Assembly: GCA_963827685.1 (NCBI GenBank)
Contig: CAWHBU010000003.1
Span: forward strand, 992,001 to 1,056,000
Reading direction: 5' to 3'
From: an uncultured delta proteobacterium
GTDB lineage: Bacteria; Desulfobacterota; BSN033; UBA1163
Length of the DNA: 64,000 bases
Shown here: piece by piece, positions 40,457-50,013 of the stretch
Position numbering within the stretch: the stretch's first letter is position 1
Layout: each line of letters starts with the position of its first letter
The notes under the pieces: generated by a model
Databases searched by the model: none
The model's input: the letters and a program-made list of their open reading frames with translations, nothing else
Told to the model about the DNA's origin: nothing
Made by a program: the position numbers and the translations under genes

Positions 40457-41098
40457 TTAGGATGAAAGCCAAAGCACATCCCCGAACAGGTTAGGATCAT
40501 GCGGGCGGGAAGAAAAGACAGAAAATTCCTTCTTTTCTTTTCCCAGTAGAGTAGAATCGCCGTGGCCAGGGTATATCGCAGTATCATCAGGCAAGACAAA
40601 GATCTTGCTGGTTATTGATTCGATGATTAGCTTTAGATCAGCCGGTGACCTTGTCTTCCCTGGACCCCCAGGAAAGATAGTGTCACCTGCAATAAGACGG
40701 TTCCCGAATAAAAAGCACAAACTGCCAAGGGTGTGACCGGGCGTGTGAAGGACTTTCAAGCTTGTCTTTCCGAAAGGTACTTTTTCACCGTCTTCAAGGA
40801 GAATTTCCGGTCGAAGTGGCAGACCTTTCGCGTCCAAGCGATGAGCACCAATGGGAATCCTCAGCTTGGACTTTATCTCACTTAGTGCGCCAAGGTGATC
40901 CATATGGTTATGGGTTATTAATATGTATTTAGGATTAGTCTCTTCCAACGCCTTGAAGATCTTGAGGGCTTCTGCGGGAACATCCACCAACACACTGTCT
41001 CCAGTTAGGGGACAAGTCAATATGTAGCTGTTCGTGTCGAAGGGTCTTAATTTAAGTCGATCGATCTGAATGGTCTCATTTTTTGCTACGCGGTCCAC
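40457..41098 (-). CDS. MBL-fold metallo-hydrolase
   Basis: THNHMDH, HTPGHT, GDTIFPGGPG, PGHG. Confidence 0.92.
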   Translation of the reverse strand: MDRVAKNETIQIDRLKLRPFDTNSYILTCPLTGDSVLVDVPAEALKIFKALEETNPKYILITHNHMDHLGALSEIKSKLRIPIGAHRLDAKGLPLRPEILLEDGEKVPFGKTSLKVLHTPGHTLGSLCFLFGNRLIAGDTIFPGGPGKTRSPADLKLIIESITSKIFVLPDDTAIYPGHGDSTLLGKEKKEFSVFSSRPHDPNLFGDVLWLSS

Positions 41099-41584
41099 TT
41101 GATTCCCTCAGAGAGATGATAAATTCTCTTTTTCAGTATATGTCGGGATCAATTTCGTATATCGATATCACATTAAGGAGAAAGTGTCCAAGGCAATTTT
41201 AGAATGCACGGAAAAAATTTCTAGAAAATCGCTGAGTGAAGGTTCATTTCAAAATAGAATTCTTTTTTGCATAAAATACAAGGTTCTCTTCCTTTTTGCA
41301 ATTGCTGCAAGTGTTGCTGTTGAGGCATTAGACGCGGAGTTACCATGTTTCTGACTGTGAGTTAAGACATCTTAGAACGCTCAATTTCTGCTATCTATCA
41401 TCTGTTTCCGATACTTCAAAAAACCCGCGATCTGATTTTCATATATTCACCTGGGATACCTGATTTCTACCAGTAATCCTCAACTCGAGATGACTGCGTA
41501 GGCTGAGGACTTGTAGGTGTAAGGAGCAGAGACTCGAGGAGCCGGATATCGGTCAAGCTTCGATAGAAACCTCACTTGAAAAAA

Positions 41585-42052
41585 TCAGATCTGTTTGGGT
41601 GGTAAGTTGTCTTGGCCTTCAACTTTCAAATCAGGGACGATCATCATCGTCGCTGTCCCATGGGCTAAGAGGTTTCCTTCTGCACTGTTGATGTAAGTCT
41701 CTCCCAGAGCCAAAGTCTTCCCTATCTTAATGCACCTCCCTTTTGCCACAAGCTTTCCCTTTTGAACCGGGGAAAGATAATTCACCTTAATCTCAACTGT
41801 AGTAAGCCCCATACCATCCTTTACTTGAGGGAAGACGGCCCAAAAGGCTGCTGCGTCCATGACAGAAGCGATGACACCTCCGTGGACATGGCCAAAAGGC
41901 TGGAGATGCTTTTCGTCCAGATCAATCTCCAAAACGGCGGTTCCCCATTCGAGGTCCTTTATCTCCATCGAGAGAAGTGAGAAATAGGGGGATCGGTTTA
42001 CAACCATGGATATAGCCTCTTTGTATTTCGGGTTTAATGAAAACTCAGACAT
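41585..42052 (-). CDS. PaaI family thioesterase
   Basis: HLQPFGHVHGGVIASVMD, TTVEIKVNYL. Confidence 0.92.
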   Translation of the reverse strand: MSEFSLNPKYKEAISMVVNRSPYFSLLSMEIKDLEWGTAVLEIDLDEKHLQPFGHVHGGVIASVMDAAAFWAVFPQVKDGMGLTTVEIKVNYLSPVQKGKLVAKGRCIKIGKTLALGETYINSAEGNLLAHGTATMMIVPDLKVEGQDNLPPKQI

Positions 42053-42121
42053 TATATTTTCTCCTCTTGATAATTGATAAGGGAAGCATGAAATAATTTA
42101 CACTTCGATCCGTCAGAAAAT

Positions 42122-42239
42122 GTCATTGCGAGCCCGAAGCCCTGCACCGTCCCGCGTTTCATGGGATACAGGGCGAAGGGTGTGGCAATCTCATCGTTTG
42201 CTTGAGATTGCTTCGTCGCTAAAGGCTCCTTGCAATGAC
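42122..42239. repeat. GTCATTGCGAG-type REP-like element with a CCCTG...CAGGG insert (42140-42173) flanked by a CGAAG duplication
   Basis: Read directly from the sequence. Confidence 0.8.
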
Positions 42240-42312
42240 CCACTGGGGGCCAATGCAAACTATAATGTGCTCCTAGTATAAATATTACAAAGCTTTTTGT
42301 GATTTTCATGAT

Positions 42313-43479
42313 TCAAACCGCGCGCAGCGACTCGACGATATTCATCCGCGATGCCCGGACCGCAGGCAACACGCCCCCGATAAAACCCATGACCAAGGAA
42401 AAACCGAGACCCTTCCAAACAATGTCCGGGGTTAAGGTGAAGCTGAAGGCGAGCTCGGAAAAGGTCTGAAAGTTCAAGGTGGAGATGGTGAAAAGCTGCA
42501 GAAAAGAAGCCAAAAAGAGACCGAGGCAACCACCGATCAACCCCAGAAACAAGGCTTCCACAATAAAAGCCCCCAGGATGCTAACTTTCTTGAAGCCCAG
42601 GGCGCGCATGGTTCCGATTTCGCCTGTGCGCGTGGCCACTGCCGAATACATGGTGATCATGGCACCGATGATAGCGCCCAGGGAGAAGATGACGGTCAAT
42701 GCCGTCCCGAGAATACGAAGAAATTGTGCCATTCTTTCGGATTGTTCCGCGTAGTAACGATTCTCACGCTTTGCCTCCAACGTCAAACGTGGATCGTCTT
42801 CGATCCGTTTCTTCACTCTTTCAAACTCGGAAGGATCGCGCAGCTTGAAGATGACGGATGAGTAGACCGTCCTGCGAAAGGCCTGCATGAGCTGATCTGC
42901 ATCCCCCCAGATCTCTGAACTGAACCCCCTGTTGCCCGCATCGAAGATCCCGACGATCCTCCAGTCCCGCATTCCGAAGCGGAGGATTTCGCCGATGCCA
43001 CCCCCTTTAAATCGCTCAGCAATGCTTCGGCCGGCGATGATCTCCGATAGTCCTGGCTTCGGCATACGCCCGTCTACCAATCTCACCTGCGGTCGCAATG
43101 CGAGTGAGCTCGCACCAATTCCTCTGATCACCACATTGGAGAGTGCATTCGTCCCCCGTTTGGGAAGAGCGATGAGGACAACCATCTCTTTTGCAAGGAG
43201 CACCTGACCCTCTGCCCCTGTCGCCACTTCAGGCTGCGTTTCTACAATAGAAGCTTGTAGTCGAGAAACCCCGCTCATCACTTCGGATGTAGAACCTTTT
43301 CGGACCACCACGACGTTATCATACGAACCCGTCTCAACAAGTGTCTTCCGGAGCCCTTCGGCCAGCATGAGAATGGCAGCAAACACGAATACGACGAGGG
43401 CCATGCCCGATGCAGTGAGCACAGTGGTCAATCGGCGCGTCCAGAGGTTACGGAAACTGTATGAGATGGGAAGTCCCAC
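42313..43479 (-). CDS. ABC transporter permease (MacB/FtsX type)
   Basis: RNLWTRRLTT, REIG-like RTGEIGTMRALGF, PAVRASRM. Confidence 0.92.
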   Translation of the reverse strand: MGLPISYSFRNLWTRRLTTVLTASGMALVVFVFAAILMLAEGLRKTLVETGSYDNVVVVRKGSTSEVMSGVSRLQASIVETQPEVATGAEGQVLLAKEMVVLIALPKRGTNALSNVVIRGIGASSLALRPQVRLVDGRMPKPGLSEIIAGRSIAERFKGGGIGEILRFGMRDWRIVGIFDAGNRGFSSEIWGDADQLMQAFRRTVYSSVIFKLRDPSEFERVKKRIEDDPRLTLEAKRENRYYAEQSERMAQFLRILGTALTVIFSLGAIIGAMITMYSAVATRTGEIGTMRALGFKKVSILGAFIVEALFLGLIGGCLGLFLASFLQLFTISTLNFQTFSELAFSFTLTPDIVWKGLGFSLVMGFIGGVLPAVRASRMNIVESLRAV

Positions 43480-44637
43480 CTACCCGATCCTCCTCAGCCC
43501 ATCGGCGATGCGGATTTTTAGAGCACGCCAGGTCGGAATGATGGCTGCGAAAAGACCAACCAGAACGGAGGCTGCAACATCCATATAAATGGTGTCAATC
43601 TCCACCTTAAAGGTTGGAAAGTAGGCACCCACAATCTTGCTAAACTCTTTTGCTGCGGGAGGGGTTAAGGCGATCCCTACGAGGCAGCCGATCATGGTGA
43701 TGAGAAGAGATTCCCCGATGATCATGCCGGCGATACGCCAGCCCCTAAAACCCAGAGTTTTGAAGATGGCATATTCTCCAATCCGTTCCCGAGCGGTCAT
43801 CGCCATGGTGTTTGCAGCCACTGCGATAATGATAATGATCACTACGAAGGAGACCATCTGGATGGCGACAATGATGGCATCTGCCATGGAGATAAAGGAG
43901 AGAAAGAAAGCTTTTTCGGTTTCGGTGAGCGTCTCAGCCAGTGAATTCTTAAAGGTCTTGTCGATCGCCTGAGCCACTTCCGCCGCACGATTCGGATCCG
44001 TGACTTCGACGATGTACCAGCCCACCTGATCCGCACGGCGAGGGGCCGTCTTTTTCAGCGCCTCATTCAGGTAGTCCCAGTGGAAAAAGAAGACCCTTTC
44101 ATCCGTACTTTCGTCTCTTCCGTGGTATATGCCTCGGAGGACAAACTCCCAGTTGCCTGGAAAGACGGCACTTTTCAATACAACAATGTCCCCGATTCCC
44201 CAATGGTATCGCTCCACAAGTTTCCGTCCTGCAACACACCCTTTCCGATCCCGAAGAAAGGCCTCTTTTTGATCCGGAGGCAGCACGAATTCCGGGTATA
44301 ATGCCACGTAGTTTTTTGCTTCGATGGCGTAATTGGCAAAAAAATTCTTTTCGTCTTTGTACGTCCCTGCAAACCAGTTCCCGTAAGATATCCGCTTTAC
44401 CGCATCGATCTGGCGAATCTTATCCTTATAGGAAAGGGGGAGTGGAAAGATGAGGGATATGGCATTTCGGGTGATGAGACGGTTTGCCGAAGAGGCCTTG
44501 ACGCCTGCATACCAGGCGCCGATGAAGGTCCTAAGCAGCCCAAAGGCAAGAATGGCGATGGTGATACTTAGAATGGTCAGGGCGGTACGGAGCTTATGGC
44601 GAAAGGTATTTCTAAGGAGCAGCTTGAGAATGTACAT
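43480..44637 (-). CDS. ABC transporter permease (MacB/FtsX type)
   Basis: [25 protein letters not shown]. Confidence 0.92.
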   Translation of the reverse strand: MYILKLLLRNTFRHKLRTALTILSITIAILAFGLLRTFIGAWYAGVKASSANRLITRNAISLIFPLPLSYKDKIRQIDAVKRISYGNWFAGTYKDEKNFFANYAIEAKNYVALYPEFVLPPDQKEAFLRDRKGCVAGRKLVERYHWGIGDIVVLKSAVFPGNWEFVLRGIYHGRDESTDERVFFFHWDYLNEALKKTAPRRADQVGWYIVEVTDPNRAAEVAQAIDKTFKNSLAETLTETEKAFFLSFISMADAIIVAIQMVSFVVIIIIIAVAANTMAMTARERIGEYAIFKTLGFRGWRIAGMIIGESLLITMIGCLVGIALTPPAAKEFSKIVGAYFPTFKVEIDTIYMDVAASVLVGLFAAIIPTWRALKIRIADGLRRIG

Positions 44638-45316
44638 TGTTCAAGACACCTTTATCGAGATAACGGATCGTATGCGCCTTCTTCGCTGCCCGAGGGTCGT
44701 GGGTCACCATGATAATGGTTTTATGTGAATCACGGTTGAGCTGATCCATCAGACCGAGAATCTCCTCGGCAGATACCCGGTCGAGGTCTCCTGTCGGTTC
44801 ATCCGCTACCAAGATGGTCGGGTCAGTGACAATGGCGCGGGCAATGGCAACTCGCTGCTGCTCTCCTCCGGAGAGCTGCCCAGGGTAGTGATCTATTCGA
44901 CTCGCCAGATTGACGACTTGGAGCGCCAGCCCCACATGCTCGCGTCGCTCTCTACGAGATAGACCGGTAAGCAATAGAGGAAGCTCAACGTTCTCGAAGG
45001 CCGTCAAAACCGGGATGAGATTGTAGAACTGGAAGATGAAACCGACGTTGACCGATCGCCACGCAGCCAGTTCAGTTTCTGTGAGCCCTGTGATATCGAT
45101 GCCCCCTACCCTGATGATACCGTTATCCACCTGGTCAAGGGCAGCGATCAGGTTAAGCAGGGTACTCTTTCCTGAACCCGACGGTCCCATCAATGCGAGG
45201 AATTCCCCTTCTGCGATTTCGAGGGTGATATTCTCCAGCACGGGGATAATGTGGGTACCCCTGCGGTAGGATTTGTTCACATGCTCTATCTCGACAATCG
45301 GTGCTTTGCTTTCCAT
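44612..45316 (-). CDS. ABC transporter ATP-binding protein (LolD/MacB-like)
   Basis: [31 protein letters not shown]. Confidence 0.95.
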   Translation of the reverse strand: MESKAPIVEIEHVNKSYRRGTHIIPVLENITLEIAEGEFLALMGPSGSGKSTLLNLIAALDQVDNGIIRVGGIDITGLTETELAAWRSVNVGFIFQFYNLIPVLTAFENVELPLLLTGLSRRERREHVGLALQVVNLASRIDHYPGQLSGGEQQRVAIARAIVTDPTILVADEPTGDLDRVSAEEILGLMDQLNRDSHKTIIMVTHDPRAAKKAHTIRYLDKGVLNNVHSQAAP

Positions 45317-46534
45317 TTACTTCTCTTCTATTTTAATCTTTGAGCCATTCCTCAATCGATCCGAAGGATTCAGCACGACCCGGTCTCCAACGTTCACACC
45401 TTCAAGGATTTCTACCATGTCACCCATCGGGCCCCCGAGGCTTACAGGGGTTTCGACCACCCTGTCCCCATTGACGAGAAAGACGACCTTCCTGTCTTTT
45501 CGATTCACCAGGGCCGTCCGATTAAGAGCGGTTCGCGGCTTCCCTTCTTCTGCCTTTACCGAACGGGAGAGAAAAGCAACCTTGGCTGACATCTCCGGCA
45601 ATATGCGGCTGTCTTTATCAATGAAACGAACCTTAACCATGACGGTCGCCTTGCTCCGGTCAGCGGTCGGTACAATCATGTGAATCTCACCACGGAAGCG
45701 CAGTTCCGGCAGAGCATCCAACTGAATCTCGCATGGCTGGCCAGGCCTGACCTGGCTCAGATTCGATTCCGAGACATCCGCCTCCACCTCGAGAGAGCTC
45801 ATATCGGCAATGGTGACCACAGAGGCCTTGGCATTGGCTGCTGCGCCAAGGGGGGTGACGATATCCCCTACATCAGCGTCCTTGGTCAAGACGACCGCGT
45901 CAAAGGGGGCGCGGATCAGCGTATATTCCAGCAAGGCCGCCGCGCCTTCCAGAGCAGCGGTACTCGCCTTCAATGCAGCCTCTGCCCCAGCAACGGCAGC
46001 GACCGCTTTATCGTAACGGGCGACGGCATCATCATAGGTTTGTTGGGCAACCACTCCCCGAGAGAGAAGTTCTTTGTTACGGTTGAGCGAGAGCGTTGCA
46101 TCACGAAGCTCGGCCCGGGCCTGTTCAAGGCTGAAACGGGCCACGTTGACAGTGGCTGCCGCCTGATCCTTGGCTGCACTGACATCCTGATTCTCGAGAC
46201 GGGCAACCACCTGGTCCTTTTTTACACGGCTTCCCTCTTCAACGCCCAGCCAGATGAGGCGTCCGGTTACCTTGGATGCCAAGGCTGACTTGCGTTGGGC
46301 AACCACATAACCGCTTGCGTTAAGCAACGTGAAGGCTTGAGACGGGTAGACCTGTGTGATCGTGGCAACCTGGACTCCGATGGCCGGTGTGAAGGTTCCT
46401 CTGACATAAAGCAAACCGAGGATGATGAGGGCGATCACTGCCAAAGTCCAGTAGATGAACTTCTTCCTCTTTCTCGGGCGAAAAACCACCTTGGACTTAT
46501 CTATCTTCAGTTTTAAAAGGTCTTCATTTGCCAT
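45317..46534 (-). CDS. Efflux periplasmic adaptor subunit (MacA-like MFP)
   Basis: N-terminal TM, ASGYVVAQR, IRAPFDAVV, ADVSE, PEMSA. Confidence 0.93.
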   Translation of the reverse strand: MANEDLLKLKIDKSKVVFRPRKRKKFIYWTLAVIALIILGLLYVRGTFTPAIGVQVATITQVYPSQAFTLLNASGYVVAQRKSALASKVTGRLIWLGVEEGSRVKKDQVVARLENQDVSAAKDQAAATVNVARFSLEQARAELRDATLSLNRNKELLSRGVVAQQTYDDAVARYDKAVAAVAGAEAALKASTAALEGAAALLEYTLIRAPFDAVVLTKDADVGDIVTPLGAAANAKASVVTIADMSSLEVEADVSESNLSQVRPGQPCEIQLDALPELRFRGEIHMIVPTADRSKATVMVKVRFIDKDSRILPEMSAKVAFLSRSVKAEEGKPRTALNRTALVNRKDRKVVFLVNGDRVVETPVSLGGPMGDMVEILEGVNVGDRVVLNPSDRLRNGSKIKIEEK

Positions 46535-46720
46535 ATACTATGCCCCATGTGCGTAATTGTATTATTTTCATAGAACATGGCCTATTTGTCAAATCAAAAA
46601 ACCATTGAATTTGAAAGGATTTCATTCTAATTGAAATAGTGGAAGGCTTGATTGACTTTATGCCCGCGAATTTGTAAACTCTCATCTAAGCAAATTTTTC
46701 TGAGGATGAGTAGATTTAGG

Positions 46721-46792
46721 TCCCCCTCCCCTTAATCCCCTCCCCTGCCTTCGCCGAAGCGGCTTCGCGCAGGCAGGCGCCAGGGGAGGGGA
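46721..46792. repeat. Hairpin repeat carrying the 34-bp CCTG...CAGG insert (46744-46777)
   Basis: Filled allele of the empty site at 4069-4092. Confidence 0.85.
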
Positions 46793-46847
46793 AGTATTTT
46801 CTATGTAATTTCATGTGACAGGGCGAGAAGCCTGAGGGAGAAAAACG

Positions 46848-47432
46848 ATGAAGATTCTTAATCGGAACTTTTTCTTCGGTGTGGGTGCAGGAGTTTTGAT
46901 CACAATCCTTATGATCGTGGTCGCAGGTTATCTGTTCGTATGGTGGTATTCCAGCAATAAGATACCGAATGGTGAAGAAATATTGGAAAGGAGTCTGGAG
47001 GCTCCCCCTTTCCCTTCAGCCGTCTTGGCTGACTATAACTGGACCATTCAATCCCTCAAGGGACAAGATGTCAAAATGGCCGATGCAAAAGGGAAAGTCG
47101 TATTTCTCAATTTCTGGGCCACCTGGTGTTCTCCTTGCATCGCGGAAATGCCAAGTATTCAAAGACTTCATGAAAGGTTAAAAAACGAAGGGCTTGTTTT
47201 CATCTGTATTTCAGATGAAGAGACGACTAAAGTCAGTCGGTTTGCCAGAGAAAAGGGGTTCACCTTTCCGATCTATACCATGCATGGCCCGCCACCGGCC
47301 GCTTTCAGATCGCGAGGTATCCCCGCCACATTCATACTATCTCCGGATGGGAAAATAGCCTTTAAACATGTTGGCAGTGCAAAATGGGATGACGAAAAAA
47401 GTATCGCTTTTATAAAAAGTCTCATGAAATAG
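46848..47432 (+). CDS. TlpA/ResA-family thiol-disulfide reductase
   Basis: TM anchor, GKVVFLNFWATWCSPCIAEMP, GIPATF. Confidence 0.93.
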   Translation: MKILNRNFFFGVGAGVLITILMIVVAGYLFVWWYSSNKIPNGEEILERSLEAPPFPSAVLADYNWTIQSLKGQDVKMADAKGKVVFLNFWATWCSPCIAEMPSIQRLHERLKNEGLVFICISDEETTKVSRFAREKGFTFPIYTMHGPPPAAFRSRGIPATFILSPDGKIAFKHVGSAKWDDEKSIAFIKSLMK

Positions 47433-47574
47433 ACCACTCGAAAAAGGATCCCTTATCCAGATTACCTGCACAATTCTTTCTTGCTTCATCCTTTCTCTGA
47501 TGCGAACATATTTAGGAGGGCGGATTAAGTAGAGTTATTTCAGCCATAGACTAAATTCGTCATGGAGGAGAAAA

Positions 47575-48045
47575 ATGGGAGAGATCGTTCATACATCACG
47601 GATCAAGATTGTCAGGGAAAAGGGCCCAACCAGGAGAGCCATGATCGAAGGATTTCATGAGCCCATCTATTATGGTGTCCATGGCGGGATCAAGCGATTC
47701 TACAAGGTCGAGCCTGAAAAGGAGCATGCAGCGACGCTCGATCATATCGTCGCTGCCACGGCTGCCTGAATGATGGGAACCCTGGCCACGATGTTGGCCG
47801 GAAAAAAGATCGCCACTCCTGAGGACCGTTATTGGGCAGACGTGGAAGGAGATATCGAAAATGTAAACAATGTTCTGAAGATTACTCAAATTCGGGCCAC
47901 GTACCATCTGAAAGCACCAAAAGGAAAAGCTGGCGAGGCCCGAGAGGCATTCTCCTCGTACTTGAAATTCTGCCCTGCGGCTCAGAGCCTGATCGGCTGT
48001 ATCAATATCCGGGACAATATAGAGGTTGAGGAGGTGAGTGAATGA
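47575..48045 (+). CDS. OsmC-like selenoprotein (Sec at TGA 47767-47769)
   Basis: ORFs 47575-47769 and 47770-48045 are contiguous and in frame; AATAA-U-MMGT sits at the OsmC first-Cys position, second Cys in FCPAAQSL; SECIS-like hairpin CTGGCCA-cgatgt-TGGCCGG 12 nt after the UGA. Confidence 0.85.
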
Positions 48046-48782
48046 TGCGACATCCCTTTTCTCCATTTGCTTTGATCGGATTTATTCTTGCGGTTCTCGC
48101 GGCCCTGGCCGCCATGCTGGCGGGTTTCGGAAGTCGCTGGGGGTTATGGTATTTCAGAACAGGGTTTGTCATTCTGAGGTGGGCTGCCTATGTTGGCATC
48201 GCTGCTGCTCTGGCTTCCCTTATTGGCGCCATTTTGACCTGGCCAACTACTTTGCGCCGGGGCTTCCTCTTCTCAATCTTCGGGCTCGTCATTGGAATCC
48301 TGGTCTTTGGCGTTCCCTGGTACTATTGGCGAACAGTACAGCATGTCCCAGCCATCCATGACATCACAACGGATACGGAAAATCCGCCGCGCTTCGTTTC
48401 TATCTTACCTCTCCGAAAAAATGCCCCCAATCCATCCGAATACGGCGGACCTGAAATCGCTGCCAAACAGCGAGCCGCATATCCAAATTTGGCTCCGGCA
48501 ATACTTTCTATTCCATCAGATAAAGCCTTTGAGCGAGCCTTGGCTACCGCTCGCAAGATGGGCTGGGTGATTGTGGACGCGAACGCGGCCGAGGGACGCA
48601 TCGAGGCAACAGATACAACATTCTGGTTCGGTTTCAAAGATGACATCGTTATCCGCGTTACCCCTGCTGATCCCGGAAGCCGCATTGACATTCGTTCTGT
48701 CTCACGGGTTGGGAAAAGTGATGTGGGTACGAATGCCAAACGAATTCGAAAATATTTGAAAGAGTTAAAACAGGTCGGATAA
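48042..48782 (+). CDS. DUF1499 domain membrane protein
   Basis: Three TM helices, PAIHDITTD, IEATDTTFWFGFKDD, RSVSRVGKSDVGTNA. Confidence 0.92.
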   Translation: MMRHPFSPFALIGFILAVLAALAAMLAGFGSRWGLWYFRTGFVILRWAAYVGIAAALASLIGAILTWPTTLRRGFLFSIFGLVIGILVFGVPWYYWRTVQHVPAIHDITTDTENPPRFVSILPLRKNAPNPSEYGGPEIAAKQRAAYPNLAPAILSIPSDKAFERALATARKMGWVIVDANAAEGRIEATDTTFWFGFKDDIVIRVTPADPGSRIDIRSVSRVGKSDVGTNAKRIRKYLKELKQVG

Positions 48783-48836
48783 CGGGGCGGCTCAAGCCCA
48801 CGGCTTTTGCGCGTCGACCGGAGCCGGTTGTTCGGG
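48777..48836 (+). other. attC-like 60-bp element overlapping the DUF1499 stop codon
   Basis: GGATAAC-GGGGCGGCTC...CTTTTG...GAGCCGGTT-GTTCGGG. Confidence 0.5.
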
Positions 48837-48938
48837 ATGGCTATCGGTTATGACAAGTTGACGATTTCGGACTGAAAGTGCGCCTAACGACTTTTCCTCC
48901 AGTATAAAATAGAGTTACTCTCTCATTATCAGAAGTTC

Positions 48939-49063
48939 ACCCCGTTAGAAATAATGCCCCGCTGCTCTGCCCTGTACACCATGCGGTGCAGGGCTCTGCA
49001 GCGGGGTTACATTCTGAATAATCCCAGCGGGGTTTAATGCCCCGCTGGAATTTCTAACGGGGT
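48939..49063. repeat. MITE-like element with 14-bp terminal inverted repeats and a nested CCCTG...CAGGG insert (48970-48993, CTCTG duplication)
   Basis: ACCCCGTTAGAAAT / ATTTCTAACGGGGT; internal CCCCGCTG hairpins. Confidence 0.8.
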
Positions 49064-49948
49064 TCACTTAATCGCTTTCAGTTTCTTCTTCGCCATTTCA
49101 GCTTCCTTAGAATGGGGAAATCGTTCGATGACCCGTCTGAGAAGATTCTTGGCATTGTTCTTATCACCCAGTTCCAGGAAGGCGCGGGCCTGTTTGAATA
49201 AGGCCGCCGGAATTTTACTCGTTTTCGGATACTTGGTGATCGCTTTCTCATATTCCAAGATTGCCTTCTCGAAATCCTTTTTTTGATAATAGATCTCTCC
49301 AATCCAAAACTGGGCGTTGCCAGAGAGTTCGGTGGTAGGGTACTGTTTGAGAAAGGTCTCAAATTTCTTCCGGGCTCCCTCTAAATCTCCCTTCTGAAAG
49401 GTCTCGTAGGCATCCCTGTACAGGTGCGCCATCCCTGGGGAGGTCCCTTTTGGTTTGGAGAGGACCTCTTTGGTTGGACTCGATTTTTCCGAGCCCGTCT
49501 GTTTTGCCTTCTCGTCCATACCCTTGAGACGGGCCTCCATTTCTCTAATTTTTTCTTCCTGGGCCTTATTTTTTGTTTCCAGGTTTCTTCTGCTCTCTTC
49601 CAAACCCCTTAATTGAGCCTCAACATCTGCCTTGACTTGGCCAATCTCTTTCGAGGGCCTTTTAAGATAATCCTTATATTCCTCGACACCCGTAGAGAGG
49701 GTTCGAACTTCGGACTGAAGGTTGTCGACCCGGATAAGAAGGTCCGTCCTGAGGTTTTGATTCTCAGCGGACAGAACGGATATTTTATCCTTTAAAGAGT
49801 TATTCTCTTTTTGAAGCGCATTGAGTTCCGAATAAAGTTTACCAATCTCCCTGTCAAGGACCCGTACGTCCCTGGCGGTTGCGCATCCGAAAAGAGAGAG
49901 TCCGACGGAAAGAATGACCCACGTTTTAATCCTGTAGAACTTTTTCAA
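49064..49948 (-). CDS. ybgF: Tol-Pal system protein YbgF/CpoB
   Basis: Lipobox LFGC, coiled coil, TPR GNAQFWIGE; downstream of pal. Confidence 0.9.
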   Translation of the reverse strand: MKKFYRIKTWVILSVGLSLFGCATARDVRVLDREIGKLYSELNALQKENNSLKDKISVLSAENQNLRTDLLIRVDNLQSEVRTLSTGVEEYKDYLKRPSKEIGQVKADVEAQLRGLEESRRNLETKNKAQEEKIREMEARLKGMDEKAKQTGSEKSSPTKEVLSKPKGTSPGMAHLYRDAYETFQKGDLEGARKKFETFLKQYPTTELSGNAQFWIGEIYYQKKDFEKAILEYEKAITKYPKTSKIPAALFKQARAFLELGDKNNAKNLLRRVIERFPHSKEAEMAKKKLKAIK

Positions 49949-50013
49949 CTTACCCTCCTTGAATGACCATCCTCGAAGAAGATCAATGCCCCCCGAGGAT
50001 GGGCTGACTCAAA

